From: an uncultured Clostridia bacterium
GTDB taxonomy: Bacteria > Bacillota > Clostridia > TANB77 > CAG-508
Length of the DNA stretch: 64,000 nt
NCBI GenBank assembly: GCA_934168305.1
Contig: CAKPNF010000001.1
Location: 69,923-133,922 of the forward strand
Direction: 5' to 3'
Shown: piece after piece, positions 1 to 9,439 of the stretch
Position numbering within the stretch: the stretch's first letter is position 1
How the letters are laid out: each line of letters starts with the position of its first letter
The notes under the pieces: model-generated
Databases searched by the model: none
What the model saw: only the letters and a program-made list of their open reading frames with translations
What the model was told of the DNA's origin: nothing
Made by a program: the position numbers and the translations under genes

Positions 1-1
1 A

Positions 2-1672
2 GAAATCTTATTAAAAAAATTAAGTATACATGGAGGACACTTTGGACCAAACTTTGGAATGGTAGAAGCAATAATTGCAATGCACTATGTATTTGAATCA
101 CCAAAAGACAAATTTGTATTTGATGTATCACACCAAAGCTATCCACACAAAATATTAACAGGAAGAAAAGACGCATTCATATACGAAGATAAATATGATG
201 ATGTAACAGGTTACACAAATCCAAATGAAAGTGAACACGACTTATTTAATGTAGGACACACATCAACATCAATAAGTCTTGCATCAGGATTAGTAAAAGC
301 AAGAGATGTAAAAGGTGAAAATTACAATGTTGTAGCAGTTATTGGAGATGGTTCATTAAGTGGTGGAGAAGCACTAGAAGGACTTGACTTTGCAGGAGAA
401 CAAAATAGTAATTTTATTATAATTGTAAATGATAATGACATGTCAATTGCAGAAAATCATGGAGGACTATACAAAAACTTAAAACAATTAAGAGAAACAA
501 ACGGAACTTGTGAATGCAATTTATTTAAAGCAATGGGACTAGACTACGTTTATTTAAATGAAGGAAATAACCTAGAAAAATTAATAGAAACATTTTCAAA
601 AATCAAAGATATAGACCATCCAATAGTTGTACACATCAACACTCAAAAAGGAAAAGGATACAAAATAGCAGAAGAAAATAAAGAAGAATGGCACTGGACA
701 ATGCCATTTGACATCGAAACAGGTAAATCTAAATTCACATTTGATGGCGAAGACTATGGAAACCTTACAGGAAAATATCTATTAGAAAAAATGAAAAAAG
801 ATCCAAAAGTTGTTACAATAGTAGCAGGTGTTCCAACAAATATAGGATTTACAAAAGACAGAAGAATTGAAGCGGGAGACCAATTTGTAGATGTTGGAAT
901 AGCAGAAGAACATGCAGTAGCCTTAGCATCTGGAATTGCAAAAAATGGTGGAAAACCAATATTTGCAACACACTCAAGCTTTATGCAAAGAACATATGAC
1001 CAATTATCACAAGACTTATGTATAAACAATAATCCTGCAACAATTTTAGTAAACACTGCTTCAGTATATGGATTAAATGATGTTACACATTTAGGTTTAT
1101 ATGATATTCCAATGATTTCAAATATTCCAAACATGGTATATTTAGCACCAACATCAAAAGAAGAATATTTTGCAATGCTAGACTGGTCAATAGAGCAAAA
1201 TGAACATCCAGTTGCAATTCGTATTCCTTGCAATGGAGTTATATCAGATGATAGAAAAGTTGATACAGATTACAGCAACATAAATAAATTCAAAGTTGAA
1301 GAAAAAGGAGAAAAAGTTGCAATAATTGCATTAGGAGATTTCTATCAATTAGGAGAAGAAGTTTCAAAAGAATTAAAAGAAAAATTAAACATAAATGCAA
1401 CTTTAATCAACCCTAGATATATCACAGGGATAGACAAAGAATTGTTAGAAGGAATAAAAGCAAATCATAATGTTGTTATAATTCTTGAAGATGGAATTTT
1501 ACAAGGTGGATTTGGAGAAAAAATTGCAAGTTTCTACGGTGATAGTGATGTCAAGGTTAAAAATTATGGAATTGAAAAGGCTTTTTATGATAAATTTGAT
1601 GCAAATGAATTGCTAAAAGAAAATGGTGTTTCTAAAGAGCAAATTGTAAAAGATGTAGAAAAAATGCTTTAG
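2..1672 (+). CDS. dxs: 1-deoxy-D-xylulose-5-phosphate synthase, 5'-truncated at window edge
   Basis: Reading frame runs open to position 2. Upstream translation HGGHFGPNFG matches the Dxs TPP-binding region. Transketolase-like pyrimidine and C-terminal domains (GDGSLSGG, IAEEHAV). Confidence 0.9.
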   Translation, partial: EILLKKLSIHGGHFGPNFGMVEAIIAMHYVFESPKDKFVFDVSHQSYPHKILTGRKDAFIYEDKYDDVTGYTNPNESEHDLFNVGHTSTSISLASGLVKARDVKGENYNVVAVIGDGSLSGGEALEGLDFAGEQNSNFIIIVNDNDMSIAENHGGLYKNLKQLRETNGTCECNLFKAMGLDYVYLNEGNNLEKLIETFSKIKDIDHPIVVHINTQKGKGYKIAEENKEEWHWTMPFDIETGKSKFTFDGEDYGNLTGKYLLEKMKKDPKVVTIVAGVPTNIGFTKDRRIEAGDQFVDVGIAEEHAVALASGIAKNGGKPIFATHSSFMQRTYDQLSQDLCINNNPATILVNTASVYGLNDVTHLGLYDIPMISNIPNMVYLAPTSKEEYFAMLDWSIEQNEHPVAIRIPCNGVISDDRKVDTDYSNINKFKVEEKGEKVAIIALGDFYQLGEEVSKELKEKLNINATLINPRYITGIDKELLEGIKANHNVVIILEDGILQGGFGEKIASFYGDSDVKVKNYGIEKAFYDKFDANELLKENGVSKEQIVKDVEKML

Positions 1673-1753
1673 AAAATTTCAAGAAAATAATTTTAAACAA
1701 GAGAGAAAATTCAAGGCAAAATAGTTTTTGTCAAAGGAAGGAATGATAGTAAA

Positions 1754-2245
1754 ATGGAAAATAGTAAAAAATTAATTGTATATTATTCATATACAGGACA
1801 CACAAAAATGATAGCTGAAAGCATACAAAAAGAATTAAATTGCGATATTTTGGAAATAAAACCGGTAAAACCATATTCAACAGACTATCAAACGGTTGTA
1901 GACGAAGAACAAAATAACAGCAGTGTAAATAAAGTACCAGAAATACAGAAAATAGACAAAGATATAAGCAAATATGATGAAGTTATTGTAGGAAGTCCAG
2001 TTTGGTGGTACACAATAGCGCCAGTTATTAGAACATTTTTAACTCAAAATGATTTAAAAGGGAAAACAATAAAACCGTTTGCTACAAATGCTGGCTGGCT
2101 TGGACATACATTTCAAGAAATACAAAAATTATGCCCAGATTCAAAGGTAGAAAAGGGTATGAATATTGTATTTACTGAAGATTATAATGAAAATCAATTG
2201 GTGACTTCACCAGATGAAATTGATAAATGGATTAAAGAATTATAG
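1754..2245 (+). CDS. flavodoxin family protein
   Basis: 163 aa. N-terminal LIVYYSYTGHTKMIAE flavodoxin-like FMN-binding signature. RBS upstream. Confidence 0.65.
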   Translation: MENSKKLIVYYSYTGHTKMIAESIQKELNCDILEIKPVKPYSTDYQTVVDEEQNNSSVNKVPEIQKIDKDISKYDEVIVGSPVWWYTIAPVIRTFLTQNDLKGKTIKPFATNAGWLGHTFQEIQKLCPDSKVEKGMNIVFTEDYNENQLVTSPDEIDKWIKEL

Positions 2246-2317
2246 TTTTTTAAGCAGATAATTAGTTGATAATTATCTGCTTTTATGATATAAAACTAAT
2301 AAAAAAGGAAGAAAAGT

Positions 2318-2872
2318 ATGGAATACAAAGATAATAAAAACAGATGCAAATGGTGTAATCCCAAAAACGACTTATATATAAAATATCATGACGAAGAATG
2401 GGGACAACCATCATATGAAGACAAATATCTATTTGAAATGCTAATACTAGAATCATTTCAAGCAGGATTATCATGGGAATGCGTATTAAATAAAAGAGAG
2501 TCATTTAGAAAAGCATTTGATAATTTTGATATAGATAAAATATGCAATTACGATGAAAAGAAAATTAAAGAATTATTAGAAAATCCTAATATAATTAGAA
2601 ATAAACTAAAAATAAATGCTACTATAAATAATAGCAAAATATTTAAAGAAATACAAAAAGAATATCAAACATTTTCTAATTACATATGGCATTTTGCAAA
2701 AAATAAAGTCATATACGAAAATGATAAAACAAGTTCGGAATTATCAGATACAATTTCAAAAGACTTGAAAAAGCATGGAATGAAATTTGTCGGAACAACA
2801 ATTATTTATTCTTATTTGCAGGCTATTGGATTAATAAATTCACATGAAGATGAGTGCTTTTTAAAAAACTGA
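2318..2872 (+). CDS. tag: DNA-3-methyladenine glycosylase I
   Basis: 184 aa. Tag-family motifs (CxWC zinc site, [22 protein letters not shown]). Confidence 0.85.
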   Translation: MEYKDNKNRCKWCNPKNDLYIKYHDEEWGQPSYEDKYLFEMLILESFQAGLSWECVLNKRESFRKAFDNFDIDKICNYDEKKIKELLENPNIIRNKLKINATINNSKIFKEIQKEYQTFSNYIWHFAKNKVIYENDKTSSELSDTISKDLKKHGMKFVGTTIIYSYLQAIGLINSHEDECFLKN

Positions 2873-2997
2873 CCACAAAATTGCAAGAAAATAGCCAAAA
2901 ATACTACACAAATAAAATAAAATGTGATAAAATAAGAAAGATTTATAAAAATAGAAAATTTAAAACAAATATAAACAAAAATAAAGGAGGAATTAAA

Positions 2998-3717
2998 ATG
3001 TCAGGACATAGCAAATGGCACAACATACAAGCAAAGAAAGGAAAAGCAGACGCAGCAAGAGGAAAAATCTTTACAAAATTAGGAAGAGAACTATTAATAG
3101 CAACAAAAGAAGGTGGACCAGACCCAGCAGGAAACTCAAAATTAAAAGCAGTTATAGCAAAATGTAAAGCAGCAAACATGCCAAACGACACAATAAACAA
3201 CGCAATCAAAAAGGCATCAACAAGTAACGAAAACTATGAAGAAATAGTATATGAAGGATATGGACCAAACGGAGTTGCAGTAATTGTAGAAACATCAACA
3301 GACAACAAAAACAGAACAGCAGCAGACGTAAGACACGTATTTGACAAAGCAGGTGGAAACTTAGGAACAACAGGATGTGTATCATACATGTTTAATAAAA
3401 AAGGTGTAATAGTAATAGAAAAAGCATCAACAGAAATGTCAGAAGACGATGTAATGATGCTAGCACTAGATGCAGGAGCAGAAGACTTCTCAGCAGACGA
3501 AGAAGTATATGAAATAACAACAGAACCTTCAGATTTCACACAAGTAAGTGAAAAATTAGAAGAAGCTGGATTAGAATTCTTAGAAGCAGGTGTTCAAATG
3601 GTTCCAACTACAACAGTTCAATTAGACGAAAAAGGTGTAGAAAAAATGGAAAGATTAATAGAACGACTAGATGAACTTGATGATGTAGCAAACATCTATC
3701 ATAACTGGGAAGAATAA
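2998..3717 (+). CDS. yebC: YebC/PmpR family DNA-binding transcriptional regulator
   Basis: Start relocated to ATG 2998, preceded by AAAGGAGG. N-terminus [15 protein letters not shown] is diagnostic of the YebC family. The track ORF 2854.. is an unsupported 5' extension. Confidence 0.9.
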   Translation: MSGHSKWHNIQAKKGKADAARGKIFTKLGRELLIATKEGGPDPAGNSKLKAVIAKCKAANMPNDTINNAIKKASTSNENYEEIVYEGYGPNGVAVIVETSTDNKNRTAADVRHVFDKAGGNLGTTGCVSYMFNKKGVIVIEKASTEMSEDDVMMLALDAGAEDFSADEEVYEITTEPSDFTQVSEKLEEAGLEFLEAGVQMVPTTTVQLDEKGVEKMERLIERLDELDDVANIYHNWEE

Positions 3718-3718
3718 A

Positions 3719-3834
3719 GAGGGATTGAGGGGCCACCACACAAAATCCCTCTTTTATTTAATTTTTGTATAAAGTAAACATTTTAAATTTTTTATAAAAA
3801 AGAGGGATTTTGTGTGGTGGCCCCTCAATCCCTC
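3719..3834. repeat. palindromic intergenic element, locus 1: two perfectly inverted 33-bp GGGATT..GGGGCCACCAC..AATCCC units around a 50-nt AT spacer
   Basis: 3719-3751 is the exact reverse complement of 3802-3834. The element fills the whole yebC-rlmD intergenic gap. Confidence 0.85.
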
Positions 3835-3849
3835 ATTTAGGAGATATAT

Positions 3850-5217
3850 ATGGGAAAAACACCAGTAGAAAAAAACAAAGAATATATAGTAGAAATAATT
3901 GATAATGGATTTGAAGGAGAAGGAATTGCAAAAATAGACAATTTTACAATTTTTATTAATGGTGCAATAAAAGGAGAAAAAGTAAAAATACTAATTGTAA
4001 AAGTTTTATCATCACATGCATTTGGAAAAATAGTAGAAATACTAGAAAAATCATATGCCAGACAAGAAGTAGACTGCACAACATATAAAAGATGTGGTGG
4101 ATGCAACATGAGACATATAAAATATGAAGATACACTAAAAATGAAACAAAATGCAGTTCAATCATTAGTAAATAAAACACTAAAAAACAAAATTCAAGTC
4201 AAGCCTACACTAGGCATGGAAAATCCATTACATTACAGAAATAAAGCACAATATCCAATAGGTATAAATAAGAATGGAGAGCCAGTAATTGGCGTATTTG
4301 CGAATAGAACACATGAAGTAATAACTATGGAAAAATGCTTAATTCAAAATCCAATATCAGAAGAAATAGCAAAAACAGTATTAGAATTTATAAAGAAAAA
4401 TAAAATTTCAATATATAACGAAAAAACAGTAAAAGGACTATTTAGACACATTGTAATAAAAGTTGGAATAAAAACAAATGAAGTAATGTGTATATTAGTT
4501 ATAAACGGTAACAAAATTCCAAAAGAAGATGAATTAGTAGAAATTCTAACACAAAAATATCCTAATATAAAAACAATAGTAAAAAATATAAATACCAAAA
4601 ACACAAATGTTATATTAGGAAAAGAAAATATCAATATATATGGAAATGGATATATTGAAGATAAATTAGGAGAATATACGTTTAAAATATCACCACTTTC
4701 ATTTTACCAAGTAAACCCTGTACAGGCTGAAAGACTTTACAATATTGGCGTAGAGGCAGCAAAAATAACAAAAAATGATACAGTGTTTGACTTATATTGT
4801 GGTATTGGAACAATTTCATTATTTATGGCAAAACATGCTAAAAAAGTGTATGGAGTTGAAATTGTAGAACAGGCAATTAAAGATGCAAAAGAAAATGCAA
4901 AAATTAATAATGTTGATAATGCTGAATTTATTGCAGGTGATACGGAAATTGTTTTGGATGACCTAATAAATAACAAAAATATTATTCCGGATGTTGTTAT
5001 GATTGACCCTCCAAGAAAAGGGCTTGATAATAAATCTATTGATAATATTTTAAAGATTAAACCTGATAGATTTGTGTATATTAGTTGTAATCCTGCTACT
5101 TTGGTTAGAGATTTGGCTAAATTTGAAGAGGTTTATGATGTTAAAGAGATTCAACCAGTAGATATGTTCCCTTTTACAGGACATGTTGAATGTGTATGTG
5201 TTCTAAATCTTAAATAA
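3850..5217 (+). CDS. rlmD: 23S rRNA (uracil-C5)-methyltransferase RlmD/RumA (TRAM + 4Fe-4S + SAM MTase)
   Basis: 455 aa. TRAM domain N-terminus. Cys cluster CTTYKRCGGCNMRH. C-terminal DPPRKG methyltransferase motif and nucleophile Cys. Confidence 0.85.
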   Translation: MGKTPVEKNKEYIVEIIDNGFEGEGIAKIDNFTIFINGAIKGEKVKILIVKVLSSHAFGKIVEILEKSYARQEVDCTTYKRCGGCNMRHIKYEDTLKMKQNAVQSLVNKTLKNKIQVKPTLGMENPLHYRNKAQYPIGINKNGEPVIGVFANRTHEVITMEKCLIQNPISEEIAKTVLEFIKKNKISIYNEKTVKGLFRHIVIKVGIKTNEVMCILVINGNKIPKEDELVEILTQKYPNIKTIVKNINTKNTNVILGKENINIYGNGYIEDKLGEYTFKISPLSFYQVNPVQAERLYNIGVEAAKITKNDTVFDLYCGIGTISLFMAKHAKKVYGVEIVEQAIKDAKENAKINNVDNAEFIAGDTEIVLDDLINNKNIIPDVVMIDPPRKGLDNKSIDNILKIKPDRFVYISCNPATLVRDLAKFEEVYDVKEIQPVDMFPFTGHVECVCVLNLK

Positions 5218-5328
5218 AACCTTGTATTTCAAGGAAAATCAACTGTTCAGTGCCTAACTCATACCATATTAGGTGGTATGGGTTTAACTAAACAAAATAA
5301 AAAGTAGAGATTATAGGAGAAATAAAAA

Positions 5329-5844
5329 ATGGTATTTAGTATTTTAGCATTATTAGCAGTGTGTATTAGTATATGTATTAAAGATAGAAAAAAATCATTA
5401 TATGTTCAATCATTAAACTGCTTTTTTGAAGCAATATATGATTTTTTAATATCTGCTTTTACAGGCGCAATTTTAAGTATAATAAATTTAATAAGGACTT
5501 TTATATTTATAAATAAAAATAAATTTAGTAAATCTGTATATTTAATAATACTATTTATTTTTGAAGGAATAATTATGATAAATTGTTATTTTTCATGGAC
5601 AGGGTGGGTTTCGCTATTACCAACAATTGGTTCAATGATTAGATCATATTGTCTATGGCAATCAAATATGAAATTAGTTAGAATATCTGGAATAACAACA
5701 GGAATTTTATACGGCTCTTATTATATTTATTACCATAGTTGGTTCATGGTATTAGGTGATTTTATTTTATTACTTACAGGAATATACACACTTTACAAAA
5801 ATGATATAAGGAGGAAAAGTAACAATGAAGTTATATGTAATTAG
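5329..5844 (+). CDS. hypothetical integral membrane protein
   Basis: 171 aa with 4-5 hydrophobic helices. No recognisable catalytic motif. Confidence 0.35.
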   Translation: MVFSILALLAVCISICIKDRKKSLYVQSLNCFFEAIYDFLISAFTGAILSIINLIRTFIFINKNKFSKSVYLIILFIFEGIIMINCYFSWTGWVSLLPTIGSMIRSYCLWQSNMKLVRISGITTGILYGSYYIYYHSWFMVLGDFILLLTGIYTLYKNDIRRKSNNEVICN

Positions 5845-6364
5845 ACATGGAAACACAGATAGTAATAGATTAGATATATATAATGGAAAATTATTAAATG
5901 AAGATATAAATAATATTGGAATAAAACAAGCACAGGAAGCATCTAAAAAAATTAAAAATTTAAATTTAGATTTGATTATTTGTTCACCACTTTTAAGAAC
6001 AAGACATACCTGTGATATTATAAATTCTAATAAGATAAAAGTAATATATGATGATCGAATAGAAGAAAGAAATTGTGGAGTTTTAACAAATACGAAAATC
6101 GATAATTTTTATTATACGGAATATTGGAATTATTATTCTAAAGTTAAAATCGATAATTTAGAAACAGTTCCAGAATTATTTAAAAGGGTTAATTTATTTT
6201 TAGATGAAATCAAGAAAAAATATAGTGGTCAAAATATACTTTTAGTAACACATGGTGGTGTAGCTAGAGCAATCCATTTTTATTTTAATGAATTGCCAGA
6301 AGATGGACAGGTGGAAAAATATTTGCCAGATAATTGTGAAATAAGAGAATATAGTTTTAATTAA
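5825..6364 (+). CDS. histidine phosphatase family protein (phosphoglycerate mutase-like)
   Basis: 179 aa. N-terminal LYVIRHGNT RHG catalytic motif. C-terminal LLVTHGGV. Confidence 0.8.
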   Translation: MKLYVIRHGNTDSNRLDIYNGKLLNEDINNIGIKQAQEASKKIKNLNLDLIICSPLLRTRHTCDIINSNKIKVIYDDRIEERNCGVLTNTKIDNFYYTEYWNYYSKVKIDNLETVPELFKRVNLFLDEIKKKYSGQNILLVTHGGVARAIHFYFNELPEDGQVEKYLPDNCEIREYSFN

Positions 6365-6552
6365 TTTAAATAAAAATAGATATATGTATAATACACATTC
6401 AACCATTAAGAGTGTTTATTATGTAGATATAAAAAGCAACTATTCATAATTAACGAACACGGCATGTGGAGTGTGTAGCAGTGCTACATCTAAAAGATTA
6501 TATCTAAATTTGAAGATGTATGATTTAGAAATAGTTAAGAAAGGAATAAAAC

Positions 6553-7101
6553 ATGGGAAAAGTTTTAAAAATAAGAGAAGTAGGAGATCCTATTCTTCAA
6601 AAAAAATGTGATGAAATAGATATAAAGAACATAAATAGAGAAATTTTAGACATCATAGAAGATTTAAAAGCAACATTGGAATTCGGTACAGGACTAGGCG
6701 TAGCCGCACCGCAAATAGGAGTAAATAAGAGAATAATTGTAGTAGGGGCTAAAAAAGAAAACATAAAATATAATGATGCAGAAGAAATACCAATAACTGC
6801 AATGATAAATCCAATTTGGAAAAAAATATCAGAAGATACTGACATACAATATGAAGGATGCATGAGTGTTCCAGTAATTAGGGGAAAAGTAGAAAGATAT
6901 AAAAATATAGAATTAACTTATTTTAACGAAAATGGAGAAAAAATTGTAAGACAAGTGAATGGATTTTTTGCAAGACTTGTTCAACATGAATGTGACCACT
7001 TAGATGGTATTGTATTTTTAGAAAAAGTAAAAGAACATAATGGTTTTGCAACAGTTGATAATATAAATAAATATAATTTAAGATATAAAGAAAGAATTTA
7101 G
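6553..7101 (+). CDS. def: peptide deformylase
   Basis: 182 aa. Motifs GLGVAAPQIG, EGCMSVP, QHECDHLDG (HExxH). Confidence 0.9.
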   Translation: MGKVLKIREVGDPILQKKCDEIDIKNINREILDIIEDLKATLEFGTGLGVAAPQIGVNKRIIVVGAKKENIKYNDAEEIPITAMINPIWKKISEDTDIQYEGCMSVPVIRGKVERYKNIELTYFNENGEKIVRQVNGFFARLVQHECDHLDGIVFLEKVKEHNGFATVDNINKYNLRYKERI

Positions 7102-7103
7102 AC

Positions 7104-7328
7104 ATGAAAATTTATAATATTAAACCAGAAGATTATAAAATAAAAATAGTTATGAAAGGTGAAAATATGAAATTACCTACAAGTATAGAAAATAGACTAA
7201 ATGAAAACATTGTAGAAAAAGCAAGAAACAATATGTTAACGAAATTATTTGTTTCTATTCAGATAATGACCCATAGTAGAAATCAAATTTTCACTTTTCA
7301 AAACTATACAGATTTATTTTTGAAATAA
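7104..7328 (+). CDS. hypothetical small protein
   Basis: 74-aa ORF abutting the def stop. No conserved motif recognised. Could be non-coding. Confidence 0.2.
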   Translation: MKIYNIKPEDYKIKIVMKGENMKLPTSIENRLNENIVEKARNNMLTKLFVSIQIMTHSRNQIFTFQNYTDLFLK

Positions 7329-7369
7329 AATTTTTAAGTCAAAAAAATAAAAAAATTATATAAATACTT

Positions 7370-7415
7370 GTCGGAAAGTCTCGTAAATGATATAATATTT
7401 ACGAGACTTTCCGAC
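7370..7415 (+). promoter_or_regulatory. 19-bp perfect inverted repeat (GTCGGAAAGTCTCGTAAAT / ATTTACGAGACTTTCCGAC) enclosing a sigma-A-like promoter: -35 TTGTCG (7368-7373), 17-nt spacer, -10 TATAAT (7391-7396). Probable AbiEi autoregulatory operator.
   Basis: Read directly from the sequence. Lies 15 nt upstream of the abiEi RBS. AbiEi antitoxins are known to autorepress through promoter inverted repeats. Confidence 0.6.
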
Positions 7416-7429
7416 AAAGGAGAAAAAAG

Positions 7430-8023
7430 ATGGATAATATAGAAAGAATTGAAAAATTATTAAAAAAGAATAATGGAATTATAACAACAAGTGAGGTTGA
7501 AAAAATAGGAATTAATAGCAGAGTTTTAACAAGGATGATAGAAAAAGGAATAATAGAAAGAGTTGCAAGAGGAATTTATATAAGTACTGATACATTAGAA
7601 GATAAATATTTTATTACACAAGCTATTTGTAAAAAAGGAATATTCTCGCATGAAACCGCTTTATATTTTCATGACTTGTGTGATAGAACACCAATAAAAT
7701 ATCAATTAACCATACCAAGTTATTATAATCATACACTTATAAAAAATAAAAATTATGAATTCTTTTATTTAAAAGAAGAATTGTATGAAGTTGGTATAAC
7801 AGAAATGATAACACCGTATGGAAACAAAATAAGAGTATATGATTTAGAAAGAACAATTTGTGATATTATTAGAAACAAAAAAAGAATAGAAATAGCATTA
7901 TTTACAGATGCAATGAAAAGATATGCAGAAAGAAAAGATAGAAACTCAATTAGATTACACAAATATGCGAAATTATTTAATATTGAAGATGAGATAAGAA
8001 AATATTTGGAGGTGTTGCTATGA
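7430..8023 (+). CDS. abiEi: type IV toxin-antitoxin system AbiEi family antitoxin (wHTH)
   Basis: 197 aa. N-terminus IEKLLKKNNGIITTSEVEKIGINSRVLTRMIEKGIIERVARGIY matches the AbiEi_4 domain. 4-nt overlap (ATGA) with the downstream toxin gene. Confidence 0.8.
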   Translation: MDNIERIEKLLKKNNGIITTSEVEKIGINSRVLTRMIEKGIIERVARGIYISTDTLEDKYFITQAICKKGIFSHETALYFHDLCDRTPIKYQLTIPSYYNHTLIKNKNYEFFYLKEELYEVGITEMITPYGNKIRVYDLERTICDIIRNKKRIEIALFTDAMKRYAERKDRNSIRLHKYAKLFNIEDEIRKYLEVLL

Positions 8024-8868
8024 TTGCTAAAAATAGAGCACAATTAAAAGCATGGATAAAAAAAGTGTCATCAAAAGTTGACGTAAATGAAAATATTATT
8101 TTACAAAACTACATGCTAGAAAGATTATTGGAAAGAATTTCAGTATCAGATTACAAATATAAATTTGTATTAAAAGGTGGAATGTTAATAACCGCTATAG
8201 TTGGAATAGATATGAGAAATACATTGGATATGGATACGACAATAAAAGGATTTGATTTAGAAAAAGACAACCTAGAAAATATATTAAATGAAATATTCAA
8301 TATAGATTTAGATGATGGAGTTACTTTTGAATTTACAAATATAAAGGAAATAAGACAAGAAGACGAATATGGAGGATATAGAGTTTCATTAAATGCTAAA
8401 TTTGACAAATTAGTTGTACCAATGAAATTAGATATAACAACAGGAGATGTTATTGTACCTAAAGAAGTAAATTATAAATTTGGTTTGATGTTTGAAAATC
8501 GTTCTATAGAAATACTTGCATATAATATGGAAACTGTAATAGCAGATAAATTTGAAACAATTATATCAAGAAATGTTGATACAACTAGAGCAAGGGATTT
8601 TTACGATATATATATACTTTGGACTACACAGTCACAAAATTTTAATAAGGAATTATTAGGACAAGCGATTGTAGAAAAATTTAAATATAGAGAATCTACA
8701 GACAAATTAAACAATATAGATGAGATAATGGGAGTTATAAAAGAAAGTGATGCTTTAAAAGAACACTGGAAGAATTACCAGTCTAAATTTAGTTATGCAG
8801 AAGATATTAGCTATGAAGATACAATAGAAGTGTTAGAAAAAATAATAAATTTATTAAGACAGAAATAA
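8020..8868 (+). CDS. abiEii: nucleotidyltransferase AbiEii/AbiGii toxin family protein (DUF1814)
   Basis: 282 aa. LKGGMLITAIVGIDMRNTLDMDTTIKGF, the GG..R.T.DxD nucleotidyltransferase signature. Translationally coupled to abiEi. Confidence 0.8.
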   Translation: MIAKNRAQLKAWIKKVSSKVDVNENIILQNYMLERLLERISVSDYKYKFVLKGGMLITAIVGIDMRNTLDMDTTIKGFDLEKDNLENILNEIFNIDLDDGVTFEFTNIKEIRQEDEYGGYRVSLNAKFDKLVVPMKLDITTGDVIVPKEVNYKFGLMFENRSIEILAYNMETVIADKFETIISRNVDTTRARDFYDIYILWTTQSQNFNKELLGQAIVEKFKYRESTDKLNNIDEIMGVIKESDALKEHWKNYQSKFSYAEDISYEDTIEVLEKIINLLRQK

Positions 8869-8913
8869 ATTTTTGTAATTAATAAAAAAATTCATGAAAA
8901 AGAATGAAGGGTT

Positions 8914-9414
8914 ATGGAAAATAATTATATTGAATTAGATTGGGATTTAGTTGAAAAAATATATGTTGATAAAGCAAAAATACTAAAGAGAATTGCATAT
9001 AAAAGAGTTCATAATATAGAAGTTGCAGAGGATATTGTGCAAAATACAATGGAATCAATCTGCAAAATAGTAAATAAAAATAATAGAATATACAATTTGG
9101 ATGCATGGATAAATACAATATTAAAATATAGATGGATAGATGTTTATAGAAAAAACAATTCTATACAGTATTTTTCTAATGATGTTATAGAAAATTGTTT
9201 GATAGAGGAAGAGATAGATACAATTGAAAATATAAATTTATATCATGCATTAAAAGATTTGGAAGAATTGGATATGAAATTTATTATATATAAATTTATT
9301 TATGGCTTTAACAATACAGAAATTTCTAGAATTTTTGGATGTTGTAGTCAAACAGTAACAAGGAAAATAAATAAAGCATTGGAAATAATGAGAAACAAAT
9401 TAAGAATAGAGTAA
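8914..9414 (+). CDS. sigma-70 family (ECF-like) RNA polymerase sigma factor, no adjacent anti-sigma
   Basis: 166 aa. Region 2 VAEDIVQNTMESI and RWIDVYRKN. Region 4.2 HTH NTEISRIFGCCSQTVTRKINKALEIMRNKL. Confidence 0.75.
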   Translation: MENNYIELDWDLVEKIYVDKAKILKRIAYKRVHNIEVAEDIVQNTMESICKIVNKNNRIYNLDAWINTILKYRWIDVYRKNNSIQYFSNDVIENCLIEEEIDTIENINLYHALKDLEELDMKFIIYKFIYGFNNTEISRIFGCCSQTVTRKINKALEIMRNKLRIE

Positions 9415-9439
9415 AAGAAACAAAAAATAGGAGGAGAAT

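Noticed and set aside
754-1233. Numerous reverse-strand ORFs in the track nested inside long + strand genes (for example 754-1233, 2943-3209, 10645-10839, 19042-19440, 22191-22589, 30299-30682, 37701-37996, 61066-61383)
   Set aside because: They are F/L/I/S-rich low-complexity translations of the antisense of AT-rich coding DNA. They lack RBS, have no recognisable motifs, and are fully embedded in genes with strong motif support.
2854-2997. Long N-terminal extension of yebC suggested by the ORF track
   Set aside because: There is no RBS. A canonical AAAGGAGG plus ATG at 2998 reproduces the family N-terminus [11 protein letters not shown].
6433-6480. Short palindrome TGTAGCAGTGCTACA upstream of def as a regulatory RNA
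   Set aside because: Too short, and there is no flanking conserved structure. Listed only as a possible minor operator.
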